64,000 nucleotides of DNA from contig OZ316775.1 in NCBI GenBank assembly GCA_973851085.1, positions 7,998,001 through 8,062,000 on the forward strand. Reading direction: 5' to 3'. Below are positions 1 through 12,067 of the stretch, piece after piece. Position 1 is the first letter of the stretch; every line of letters begins with the position of its first letter. Source of the stretch: Ptychomitrium polyphyllum. Lineage: Eukaryota. The notes beneath the pieces are model-generated. The model was not told the origin of the DNA. It searched no databases and worked only from the letters and a program-made list of their open reading frames with translations. The translations under genes and the position numbers were made by a program.

Positions 1-3000
1 TTAGATACTTGGTCTTCTAAAACAACCTCTAAGGATTGGGTTTCTTCAATAACGTTGCTAGATGCAAGAAATCGTTCATCAATAATTTCAATAAGTGCGA
101 GGTATTTCTTGTTTATAAGCACCATGTGATGTTTGGTTGCAAAATCTTTATCCACTAGAATTGCACTAACTATTTTATCAACTAATAATTTAATTTTGAT
201 AGGAAACATGAAACAAGAGGTAGGGCTTGAAGGTACCAAGAGACCTTGATTTGATGGTTGTTTGCTTGTGGTGTCCAGTCGCATGGTGCCTACTGTTACT
301 GGACAATCTCATTTTCCAACTCTACCATTCTGCTTTAAGCCTTAAAAGCAGATCCTTTGATTTGGCAATTGTGCACTTTATGTTCAGACTTGCCACATTA
401 CAAACATAGGTTTCTTCTTTGACGCTTTTTTTTTTCTTCTGGAGTTAAATTTCTAAATTGGGCAACATCAATTTGCATAGTTTCCGGTCCTTATGGTCGA
501 TTATCCAATACTTTTGAAGAAATGGTTGCCATACCTTGATGTACTGGTCGCCATCCCAAACATTATTCTTGGCGTCTTTCAAATAGTCTATTGTCACATG
601 CTATTGCTTGAATAATGAATTTGTCCAATGTTACAACGCTTAGCATTGTGAGTAACAAATCCTTCAGATTTTTTCAATTATGGTGCAAACCACGATAGAG
701 CATTGTTTGATAAAAGAATGGCTACAAATTCCACTTGAGTTGTGCCATCAAGATAGCAAGATTGATGCAAACTAAGGAAGAGCCTTACTTGTTGAATAAA
801 ACCTTACAACTTTGATCTTGATTCATTGAAATTGTCTAACATCCTTATCTTTGGCTCTGCATGGGTTCAACGTAAGCCTTTTCTTTTAATATTGGAAGTA
901 ATTGTTTGTCATATATATTATAACTGATTTTTACTAGTGAAAACTTCTTTAAGTAAAAAATAATTGCATAGAATCTTCCATCTTTGTTATATGGTGAGTA
1001 TATTAAGGCAAATGCAAAGTCTAAGGCATCCACTTCTTAATAAAAAGGGTTTAATGGATTTGGATAAATAAAAATTGGAACCAACATAAATGACTTTTTA
1101 AGACCTTGAAATCTACATTTTGCCTCTTTATTCTAAATGAATTTTTATTTCCCTGTAAATCTTATCAATGGAATAATAATCTTAGAATAATCTTTGATAA
1201 GTATATCATAAAAATTTGTAAATTCCAAGTAGCGTTGAACATCTTAAATTGATCTTGGCGTATTCCACTCTATGTCATTGCTTATTTTCTTTTCATTCAT
1301 ATGAATTTGTCTTTTCAAAATAATATAGCCTAAAAATTCAACCAAAAATACACACAAAAGATATTTCTTGAATTTGACATATAACTTTACTAGCATAACT
1401 TTTTTCAGTCCGGTTGTATGTGACATTTGTAATCATATTCATCTTTTAAATATATTAAAATATCATTTAAATAAATGACTACAAAATTGTTCAAATGCTC
1501 ATGAAAGATATCATTCATCATGTGTTGGAAGACTGCAGGGACATTGATAAGGCCAAAAGGCATAACATTGTATTCAAAATGGCCGTACCTAGATGAAAAA
1601 AATATCATCCATTCATCTCTTTCTTTAATACATACAAGTTTGTAGGCTCCTCTAAAATTGATATTGGTGAATATCTTTGTTCGGCCAAGTTGTTATAGGA
1701 GTCTTGAGATTAATGGTCTTCTTAGTCACTTTATTGGGGCCTCAATAGTCCACATACATATACAATGATCCATTCTTTTTTTTATACAAATAAGAAAGAT
1801 GCTTTAACAAAATATTTGAAATGTTAGATGAAGCCTTTTTAAAGGTTTTCATCAATATATTCTTTTAAAGCAGTCATTGATTATAGATAGATTTAATAGG
1901 CGGTTAGGCTCCTTTTTGCAACTTGATGGCGCAATTGTAAAGCCACTGCTTTAATAATATATCTGTATTTTTTTTTCAAAGAAATTTTTATAATCTTGGT
2001 ATTGATGGAATATGCTTTGATTAATTTCTTGTATAAAGCCACATATTGGTGTGGCATAAACATCATAGATTGGTTTATCCAATATAAATGCCTTAGCTCC
2101 AATAAATGATGCTCAAAGATTTTTTGTACCTTGACTTATTTTTTTGAAACCATGAGCTCCAATTTATGATTGGATTATTTCATTCAAATTAAATAAAGCC
2201 TAAAAAAATAGGATTTTTTGGCATTGAATGATCTTGAAGAAAATTAAATGTGCTTGGTTTTCTATGAGATTTTTTGATATAAATACTAAATATATAATCT
2301 AGTTATGATTTCAATAGGTACAAGATGTTTTTTGTTCACCATCACCATGTAATTTTTGGTTGCAAAATCCTTGTTTATGAAGCATGCCATTGCATGAGTG
2401 TTCAAAAGAGCTTTGCAAAATATTTCACCATCTGACAATTTGATTTTGATAGAAAAAATAAAATAAGAAGTAAAGGTTGGGGGTAGTAAAAAACCTTAAT
2501 AGCTGTTTAATTGTGGTGTATAGTCGCATAATTCCTACTGGACTAAACATCTTCATTTTCCAACTCCACCATTGAACTCCAAGCTTTGAAGGTAGATCCT
2601 TTGATTTGGCAATTCCGGATTTTATAGCCAAATTTGCCACAATACAAACATGGGTTTTGTCTTTATCACCTTTTTTTTGCCTTCTAGATAAATGTTTAAA
2701 TTAGGCAGTATTAATTTACACATGCTTTGGTCTTTGTCGTTAGCTTTCCATTACTTTTGAAGAAATGGTTGCCATGCTTTAATGTATTGGTCCTGATTTG
2801 AAGCACTATTCTTGGCGCCTCTTAAAGAACCAATTATTACATGCTATTATCATAGACATAGATTATGCAATATAATCCTTAGAACATTCTAGAACATTCT
2901 AGTATATTATAGTAGTTTCTTAGAGTACTTTCAAATGTCTCCAAAGCCTTTCTATATTCTTACAAAACTCCTAGGAAAGTTGCTCTACCTTAGAAAATTA

Positions 3001-4200
3001 CCTAGGAAGGCTCCATCATCTTAAGAAACTTCCTAGGAAAGTTCCACCACCTCAAGAAACTTCCTAGAAAGGTTCCTTTACCTTTGGAAATTTCTTATGA
3101 AGATTTCTTAGACTTTTAGAAAATTCTTAAGCTTTGTAGGAAGCTTCTTTAGAAGTATCTTAAGCGATACAAGTGTCATAATATGAATAGGAGGCAAGAC
3201 AAGGTATTACTTACTCTTGCCAGTACAAGTTGTGGATCATCTTGTATCCTGCCTTGTACTAGTCTTTGTATCAAGTTCTTATTAATCATTAGCTCTTTGG
3301 AAGCTAATTCTTGGGAAACATTTTGTTTCTACTTCTTGTTTCTTATGTCCCTAACAGCTATTGCTTATGCAATGAATTTATTCAACGTATCAACCTTTGG
3401 CATTATAAGTAGCAAATCCTTCACATTCTCTTTTAGGCTCTATAAAAATCGTGTGATCAAAGTCTTATCATTCCAATTGAGGGCTCAAACTAGTTGTTAA
3501 AAATGTGCAATATATGTAGCAACTAAGCCCTATCCTTATTGTAGACTTTGGATTCTTATTTTAGCCACCCTTTCTCAATGAGTGCTTCCAAATAAGGATG
3601 TCAATGCTTCCATAAAAACATCTAAGCATGTATGATTTTGACGTAAGACCTTTTCTCTAATATTGGCCTCTTGCAATCAAAAACTTTCTTGATATAGACT
3701 TTGAATATCATTATTGAATTCTTCAACTTGACAAACATGTAATTTTAAATTTTTGTTTGTGTTGAATGAGCAAGTTTTGACAAAAACTGTGTTTAGTAAC
3801 TCTTCAAGATGTGCAATGGTTGCAAATATGTCCTTTGATGTTCTTGGTACATTATCCATACTCAAACTAATAAACTTTATGAATGAAGAAGAAAAAAGAA
3901 AAAACAATAAATTAGCTTAGAAGAGGGAATCCGCAGTTTTTAAGGATCTTTTATACCTTCAAGAAAAAAAGTACATATTTAAGAATATCAGAGACAAAAA
4001 GACTATCAAAATCTTCAAAAGAGGGTAATTTGTGTCTTTTAAAAGATTAATCCTTTTTCAAAGAAATAGCACTTGCTTTTAAAGAAGAAATTAATTATGG
4101 TGTCAACTTAAAAGAGGCTAATTTGCAACATCTAAGATGCTTTAGGATCCTTAAAAGGATGAAAAATCTACTATTTTTTAAAAAAGAACTCTAGCTTTAA
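1..4200 (-). mobile_element. Degenerate Ty3/Gypsy internal regions (two adjacent partial copies: gag/protease at 1-680; RNase H/RT/protease/gag at about 690-3900)
   Basis: Minus-strand fragments RYGHFEYNVMPFGLINVPAVFQHMMNDIF...VVIYLNDILIY (RT, 1405-1608), DALDFAFALIYS...YNIYDKQLL (RNase H-like, 845-1033), gag-like text repeated at about 400-680 and 2640-2850. Many stops and frameshifts. Confidence 0.85.
2848..3356. mobile_element. Solo LTR (family A) inserted in gag, 5-bp TSD GCTAT
   Basis: Starts TATCATAGAC (decayed TG), ends CCCTAACA. GCTAT at 2843-2847 and 3357-3361. The empty site resembles the related copy at about 596-620. Homologous to 47376-47978. Confidence 0.85.
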
Positions 4201-4226
4201 TAAAGTTAAGAATAGTTTTGTCAAAC

Positions 4227-4589
4227 TATTAGAGACACAAGAAATAAGAAGCAAATACAAAGTGGTTTCCAAGAATTAACCTCCAGAAAGCAAATGATTA
4301 ATAAAAATTGATACAAAGACTATAATAAGGGCACAATACAATATGCTCTACAATTTGTATTGATCAAATTAAGGTATATCTTATCTTACCTCTTATTTAT
4401 ACTATGATGCTTGTATTTCCAAAGATACTTTTAAAGAAGCTCAAAAATGTTTTAGAAGTCTATAGAACCTTCTTTCAATTACCACTTTTGGTAATAGAAG
4501 CATTGGAAGTGTTCTAAGAAGTTATCACATTGTACCAAAAGGGTTTAGAAGATTTTAAAGACTATATTGTATAATCTATGTTCGTAACA
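4227..4589. mobile_element. LTR family A copy in the opposite orientation, lacking most of the internal tandem repeats
   Basis: Reverse complement aligns by eye to both ends of 2848-3356 (TATTAGAGACACAAGAAATAAGAA...TATGTTCGTAACA). No matching TSD seen. Confidence 0.7.
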
Positions 4590-6860
4590 CTTTGAATTAA
4601 TCAATATATCATCTATATAGCATACAATAAAGTTATTGAGGTACTTACAAAATTGACATTGTATTCAAAATATTCATACCTTATTCAAATTGTTAATTTG
4701 TATTTGTCTTTTTTTTTTGTATGCTATATTTTAGACTCTTCACATTTCTATTTTTAAATAGATTTTTGCTTTCTTAAGTTGATTAAGAAATTTGGATATC
4801 AAGGGCATTGGATATTGGTTCTTCACCGTCATTTTCTTGAGGCCGCAATAAACAATATATATTTGTAAAGATCCATCTTTCTTTTTCACAAAAAAGACCA
4901 AAGGACCAAAATAAGACTTTGAATGTCACATAAATTTTTGACTAAGTTTTCATCAACATACTTTCTCAAAGACAAAAACTTGTTTTGGAATAAGTTATAG
5001 ATAGATCCAAATTGTGGCTAAGGACCGTCTTGGAAATCAATGGTACAATTGTAGGAACAATATTCTGATAAGATTTTTGTATTCTTCTTTTCAAATACAT
5101 TATAGAATTTTTATTTTTTTTTGGAATGGTTGATGACAAAGCTACTTCTTTAGACGTTGAAGTTCCATAAATAGTTAAAAAATTGCCATTTTTTCTACCT
5201 TCATTAATGCTTTAGCTCAAATACAGAGAAAATTTATAGACTTAGGTATGTGAGATGCACAAGCTTCTTCTCTTAAGTTTGATTGTTACAAGTTTTAATA
5301 TAAGATATTTCATTCTAAAAGATGCTCAATTTATATGCAAGTTATATTTTCAAGCCAATAATGATAGAACTTGATAGAGTTTAATGACATTAAATATCAT
5401 TTGGCTACTATGGTTATTTAATGTTACTTTTAATGGCTTGGTTTTAATAATAACATCTATAGAAAATAAAAGTTGGCCATCTATAACTTCTACATGGATG
5501 GGCTTAGATTTTTTAATAAAAGGAAATTTATGAGTCTCCAAAAATTCTTCATTAGTAAAGCAAGCAAAAGCCTGTAAATCCAACAAAGCAAGGCTTTTGG
5601 ATTTTGAATACTCAAAGAAATAGATATAGTTAAACAAAAAGAAGAATGAGTTCATAATATAAAAAATGTTTTTAGTTGCTAAGGAAGATGATCTAGTTGC
5701 ACGGTCCCTATTATAGTTGAACGTCCTTGTTTTTCTACAAAATATTTGGCGTTGTGGTTGTATCCCTCATCTAATATATACATAGGGGTTTCTTAGGTCG
5801 GTTATCAACTTTGTGGCCAAGTTTTCCACAATATAAGCACAAGTATTGTTTTGTTCAACGTTTCTTTTTGTATTTGGTAAGGGGCTTGAAGCAAATCACA
5901 TCAATTTGCATGGCCTTTGCTCTCAAGTACTTATTAAAGATGGATGGAGCCAAAGCTACCAAGAAAGTAATATGTGGCCGTTGCATAATCAAAGCTCTTT
6001 TATCTTGTTGACTTTGAAATAGATGGTAATTTAATTTGGAGCTTAGCTAATGGCTTCATCAAGTTTTTAGGTACTTGGCATGAACAAAAACAAATCCTTA
6101 ACCTTATCACATACATTCCAATGGAACTAATTCATTCAAACTTCTTCTTCCCGATTAATATTACATGCAAAATGTCAAACCAACATATGAATCCAAGATA
6201 AAGTCTTGGTCTTGATTTTCAATGCTTCAAGGGCACTTATAGTTGAATCTAATTTGGTTTTTTTTGAATTTATCATATTGACCTCTTCACCTTCTGGCAT
6301 ATAAATGAAAAAGAAATAAATGAACATGGCCAAATAAAAAAAACCAAAGAAAATTCAAAGTTAATTTGAGTCTAAAAGAGAATAATTTGCAACCGTGAGA
6401 GTACTATAGCACTTCTAAGAAGAAAGATAATCAACTTTCTATAAAAAATTATTAAGTCTTGATATTACTGTATGATAGTTTCAACAAACTGTTACAAATA
6501 GAATAACGTCAAGGCATGGATTCAAGACTTTAGAATATGAAGTAACATATTTTCAAAGTATATTAGACGTAAAGAATTATAAAAAGGTATAAAAACATGA
6601 CTAAAAGGTTTGAATGAGACCACAAAAGATGCATTGTTGAAATAGAAGATTTTTTTAACCTCAATTCACATATATATTAAAATTACAAACCTTGGAAGCT
6701 TTTTAAGAAGCTTATAATATAATGCTTCATAGTTAAGCAACCTTGATTTGCTTATTTGAAGTTTTTTGAGCCAAGGTAACTTTTTTAGAATCTTTTTTTA
6801 CTTTCTTAAAGCTTCTAGGAATATTTTTAAAAGCTTCCAAAATTTATATCTGTAATAACA
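4590..6860 (-). mobile_element. Truncated Ty3/Gypsy element: LTR (family B, 6490-6860), leader, gag, protease, RT N-terminus
   Basis: Protease-like ALLDLQAFACF...PIHVEVIDGQLL (5350-5655). Colinear with the plus-strand copy at 33690-36360. LTR TGTTACAAAT...TGTAATAACA is similar to 33433-33690 and 55569-55933. Confidence 0.8.
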
Positions 6861-8929
6861 AGGATTGGAGTATAACATTGGAAGCAAGAGATTTTGGATT
6901 CTTAATTTTGCTAAGGTTATAGGAAAAGTAAAGATAATATAGGCCATATTTGTAAGTTTAAATTGTTGGATTTGGATTCATACATATGGAAGAGCTTGTA
7001 AAATAGATTGTTCATTAAAAAAGGTTATAAAAGCTTTGTTTTATAATTAATGTAATATTAAATTGATTTTGTTTAATTAATAACATATAAATCATTAATT
7101 TTAATATTCTTATTTGTACATTCAATACAAATGGATGATTATATAATAATATAAAAATTAAATCTTATTGTTAAAAATAATTTGTTGGATTGTTAACTAT
7201 TTAATAAATCATATATAATTAAACCTTTAATTCATTATTAATTGAAAATGACAAAAATTATTGCTTGTTAATTAAAATTGACTTAATTATATTTTAACGT
7301 TTCAAATATATCCAACATATGCATGTATATCATGTTATTTCATGAAATATTTTATAAATTATTTTGTACAATATACTTTATGTTCATTTGATATAGATTA
7401 TATATTTTTTACTAGGTTTTAAATATTATTCAAATGTTTACAATTGTATAGCATTGAATGAAATAAAATTTTGAAATTAAATAATTGTTAGCCGATATGC
7501 ATTAAGGAGTTTTTAATAATAATAAATTTATACAATTATAAATGCATTTGAAGTGTTTTAGTTAAATTATGCTTCAATTACTACTATTAAATCCTTTGTT
7601 ATATTATGTTGTTATTATGTTGTTAGGTGATTTTTAATTAATAATTCTTTATTCATATTTAAATTTTTAAAATTAATGTACATTTACATTCGTATGCAAT
7701 GTGATATTTACAAAACAATAGGACTGTATTTCAAAAATTCACTATATAACCAAAAAAATTGATGTTACGATGAAGCTAATCTGAAATTCTTATTGAATCT
7801 ATGATAGCCACTAGCTAGTATATAATACCCATCAACTGATTATATTAATAATGGCATTAAAAATTATTCTATTTCTTTGAGGCACTTGTGTATCACTTGG
7901 ACCACCACATACATCAGTCCACAGCATGTGCAGCAAAAATCGAAGATACTGTAATGTAGAGTTTAAAATTTAGTGACAAATCGTCAATGTACTTATGATC
8001 AACATTATCTATCCTTTACAAGATGTAGGCCGTCGGTACATAAGGTCAGTTTTAGGCACAACGACAGTCTTTTGGGTTTGCAGCAGGTTGCAAGGAACAA
8101 CATTGAGTACGGACCACTTGTAGTGTGGCATGGAAAAGACAAGCGACGTGTAGAAGTGCTCCTCACGTTCTCTTATGCCCAAAAAATCTAATCAATGTCG
8201 TAGCCTTACGCCGGGGCTGTGACATGAGAGGGTGCCAATGTATAGGAGTTTGCTTCACAAATTCCATAAAGCTTCGCATCTCTTGTCAAGCATACTCAAC
8301 ATTTGGAGATGCGTGTCTGTGTCCACGTGATCACTTGGGGTCTCATGGTACTGGTGTTGATCTTGACATATCAATCAAACTTCAACACTACGCATGAACT
8401 TTTCCGCTGTCTTTTTAGACGGCCCACGTTAGAATTCAGAACTCAGAACTCAAAACTCGTCAAGTTGTTTCTAGGCTCATATCCTATTCAGCGTAAAAAC
8501 GATAAGATAGAGACCTAAACCTGTCGCTGCATCCAAATCCGAAATCATCTACCGTCGCCGTAGAGTTTACTTCATGATTTTTGCAGAATGCGTAGATGAC
8601 TTCAGTATCAGATGCAACGACTGTACATGATTTCGACAAGGCCTCTGCAGTTGTGGATACAGCCCTAAGTCACCAGGCAACAGCGGTGACCGGTGACCAC
8701 CTGGATTGTTCTTCACGCTTCGTCTCCCTTCGAAACCCTCGTCCTTGTTGGAACTTGTTAATTTGTTTCTATGCTCATGTTGATGCGTGCTTGAAGCGCT
8801 TAGGATTTGTTGCTAGGGTTTGTTGTTCCTTGCTCGTTCTTCAACCTCTGTCGTTCCAGTTAGTTTACGCGGGTGTTTTAGCTTGGATTGTTCTTTTCTA
8901 TTCTCCTTGTTATCTTTGCCGTTTGTGTT

Positions 8930-9709
8930 ATGGCCATGGCTATGACGATGGATGTGGCAGGGTACCCTGTGGCGCCTTCGGGCAAGCGCAAGTGGTATGG
9001 CAAGGATGCGAGACAGAGCAATCAAAGGTACAATAAGAACATTCATAAGGTAGTGAAAGAGTCGCACAGTCAGGGTTTGGATGTTTTGCAAAAGGAGAGT
9101 CGTTTGAAGAGGAGGAAGTTTTGTGCTAAGAGGAGAGTTCCTAAGACAGTACCTAGAGCCCCTTACAACGACAGTTCGTTTCTTATGCGTGTGAGGAGGT
9201 CTGGGAGATTAAAGTCTCGTGCTGTCCTCACGCCTACTTCCTTTATGTCGTCCCCTAAGGATTCCAGTTACAAGTTGGATACTTACGAGGATTTTGTTGA
9301 TCATGCGGATTACGGTTATGGCTCTATGATAGGCCTCATCCGTCTCCGAACAACTGAAGGTGGCGATCAGTCGAGCGGTAGCAGCACCGTTGAGAACTTC
9401 AACAGTTTTGACAACAGCACGTGTGTGGAGCAACCTTCAGTCCCTCCTGCAGATGATTCTGCAGAGCAGATCGAACAGCGACTCGACCGCGGCGTGAGTC
9501 AGTTTGAGATGACTCATCCTTCACCTCAAGAATTTGCAGAGCTTCGGGTGGCAAGACAAGATTGTCACATCCAACATTTGGAAGATGAGAATCTTGTATT
9601 GAAAGATCGTCTTTTCTTGATACAGCAAGAAGTTAACGAGCTTATGCAAAGATTACAAGAATGTCAAAATTGCATCACGGTTGATGGGAGTGATGAGAGC
9701 GATGATTAG
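8930..9709 (+). CDS. PRLI-interacting factor A-like protein (basic region, APYNxSSFLMR motif, C-terminal coiled coil)
   Basis: Single-exon ORF from ATG 8930 to TAG 9709. Motifs PRAPYNDSSFLMRVRRSG, YGSMIGLIRLR, EQRLDRGVSQFEM and HIQHLEDENLVLKDRLFLIQQE recall the plant PRLI-interacting factor family. Confidence 0.75.
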   Translation: MAMAMTMDVAGYPVAPSGKRKWYGKDARQSNQRYNKNIHKVVKESHSQGLDVLQKESRLKRRKFCAKRRVPKTVPRAPYNDSSFLMRVRRSGRLKSRAVLTPTSFMSSPKDSSYKLDTYEDFVDHADYGYGSMIGLIRLRTTEGGDQSSGSSTVENFNSFDNSTCVEQPSVPPADDSAEQIEQRLDRGVSQFEMTHPSPQEFAELRVARQDCHIQHLEDENLVLKDRLFLIQQEVNELMQRLQECQNCITVDGSDESDD

Positions 9710-11269
9710 CAATCTTGCCTTGTCGCCTTGTCTTCACAGTTAAGCTTATCATTGGTCTTATTGGTGTGCATAATCATGTTCACTTGATCTGTGGTAATTC
9801 TCTTGAGCTGCATCACAACAGCGGCTGGCGCTGAGGAACTCGCGAGATGTACATACGCGAAGGGCTGACCTTATATTTTCTTTGATGTCCAACAATATGT
9901 AAGTCTGAGCTTTGAGTTGTGATGCTTTGGAAGGTGAATTTCAGCTAAAGTAGGATTTAATCATAGACTTGTTTTAGTTTTTAGTGAAATATTTTTTGGA
10001 GGAAAGTTTGGCTGAACAAGAGTTCTGAATCTTCTCCAGGTCGTTTTCAATAACGTTGGTATCTCAAGGCTGTTACTAGTATACCTGGAATGGCTGGTAA
10101 GCTTCACAATTAATATTCATAATTGTCATACTTCTAGCTTTCTGTGTACTACCTGGTAAGTAGAAAATTCAGTATGTATGTGATAGGAGCATAGGCTACG
10201 ATACTCTAGGTAGTGATGTACATTTCTTCAACTGGACAAAGGCATTTTGTCATGTACAATATCTTTCAGTTTTGCAAAAAATTTCAGACATTTGAAACTT
10301 CGCTTCAACGGTTTAATTTGCAATCATTGCTCCCATGGACATTCCAGGTGTTATTATTTGTTATGATTGTTGAGCTTGGTGGTGGTTTTGGTAAATTTTT
10401 AGACCAGTCGATTATCGTACTTGGGAGGACCATATTGATATGTTTAAGTGTTTTTTCTCAACTTCTATATATCGTTGGTCCTGATACTATCTGCGTTTGC
10501 CTTGGTCTACAATTTGTCTGTTTGATTGACACCGTCTCTGAGTATGTGCATGTGCAGTTCATCTTAAGTGTATTAAAGCAAGAGAAAGATTTTGTCAACA
10601 CTCAACGGCTATATTAGATAATTGAAAATCCAGGATAATTTATAAAAATCCTTTCCTACGATGACTGTTTCGTCACTCCATTTTTCTAACATCTGTGTCT
10701 ATTCTCCAAGATTATGTGCTACTGCCAGAAATAGCCCACGGCTAAACATGTTTCTTTCTTAACACAGGATTCTACCAAAACATGAACGCAAAATAAATTA
10801 TAAAGATGATGTGAACAGCAAAAAGAAAACCCAACAACATCAAAAATACAGCTAAAGAAGACCGAACACAAAGCAAGAAAGACACTGAATCTGAGATGTT
10901 TGACTATATAAAATACGCATGATAGCAAATCATAAGTTCCACTAGTAGCATCGAAGATATACAGAAACTGGCGCTTACACAAGCGCCAGAGTATCACCAT
11001 GTCAACTGAAAGGCGGCAGACAATCAGCGCTGCTCGGCCATCTATGATACAAAACCATCACCTCCTTCTACGTAGAGCCAGCTCGTCCTATCATGATCCA
11101 CAATCAGACCAGTCCAGTGAACCATGCACTCCATCGACCAGATCATCGCATATCCCGAGAGCGGTCCGCACAGGTCCCATGTCCTTGCACATCGATCCGA
11201 GGCGATTCCCCCGCTCTCCCCACGCCCGCGCTCACAAGCACGTCACGGGTCGTCAACGGTCCTTCCAAC

Positions 11270-12067
11270 CTATCTGAAATTGGCGTGGCCCTCCCACGTC
11301 TGCCCGAACTGCCACCACTTCCCCACCGCGTTGCGCACCACCACCGTGCGCCCGTCCGACGTCGTGATCATGAACGACAGCTCGCCCCGCATCTGCCGCC
11401 GCACGGTCCACAGCGCACCCCAGTTGCGGTACATGGGCACCCACCCCGAGTACGGGCACATGATCTTCACGGACCTCGCGTCGCCCGCGCCGCCGACGTT
11501 GTGGATCAGGATCATGAAGAACCACGGGTTGCCGCCCACCGTGAACCGGATGCCCCCGCGCTTCCTGCACGGGACGCGTCGGTAGTACACCGGAGCCACG
11601 CCTCCCTGGAACTTGGCTAGCGTGGCGTACGCCGGGTACGGCAGATCGAAGTGGTGGCGCGGCGGGTCGCACCACCCGTCCCTGGATCCGGGCGGGCACA
11701 GGTTGGTGGCGGTGATGGTGATGGTCCGCGAGTAGCTCCAGCACCAGTTCTTGGCGACGTTCGTCTCGCGGATGTGGACGCATCGGAGCTGGAAGCAGGC
11801 CCCGCACGCCGCGCCGCCCTGGTACAACGGGCTGCTGAGCGCTGCGGTCATGGCACCGTAGCCGAGAGCGTAGGTGTTCTGGTACCCACATGCGCCTCGC
11901 GACGCCTGGCCGCCGCCGTCGGGCGTGCCGTAGAACGTGATGTGACCGCTGCCCCATTCTCCCGAACCTCCGAGCGCCGAAGGCAGAGCACTCATCAGGG
12001 CCACCACGACCACCACGGCGGCCGCCAGCCGCTTCATCGTTCCGGAGATAGACGCGTCCATCTGCAT
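11270..12067 (-). CDS. EXPA: Alpha-expansin (intronless CDS), copy 1
   Basis: Signal peptide, HITFYG, GACGY, GAACGACFQLRC, TATNLCPP, WCDPPRHHFDL, RRVPCRKRGGIRFT, NVGGAGD, MYRNWG, WQFGQTW. Start may be the ATG at 12067 or a nearby downstream ATG (MKRL...). Confidence 0.97.
   Translation of the reverse strand: MQMDASISGTMKRLAAAVVVVVALMSALPSALGGSGEWGSGHITFYGTPDGGGQASRGACGYQNTYALGYGAMTAALSSPLYQGGAACGACFQLRCVHIRETNVAKNWCWSYSRTITITATNLCPPGSRDGWCDPPRHHFDLPYPAYATLAKFQGGVAPVYYRRVPCRKRGGIRFTVGGNPWFFMILIHNVGGAGDARSVKIMCPYSGWVPMYRNWGALWTVRRQMRGELSFMITTSDGRTVVVRNAVGKWWQFGQTWEGHANFR

Noticed and set aside
8596..9036. 146-aa ORF overlapping the start of the PRLI-like gene
   Set aside because: Runs through pyrimidine-rich UTR/intron-like sequence in another frame; no support as a protein.
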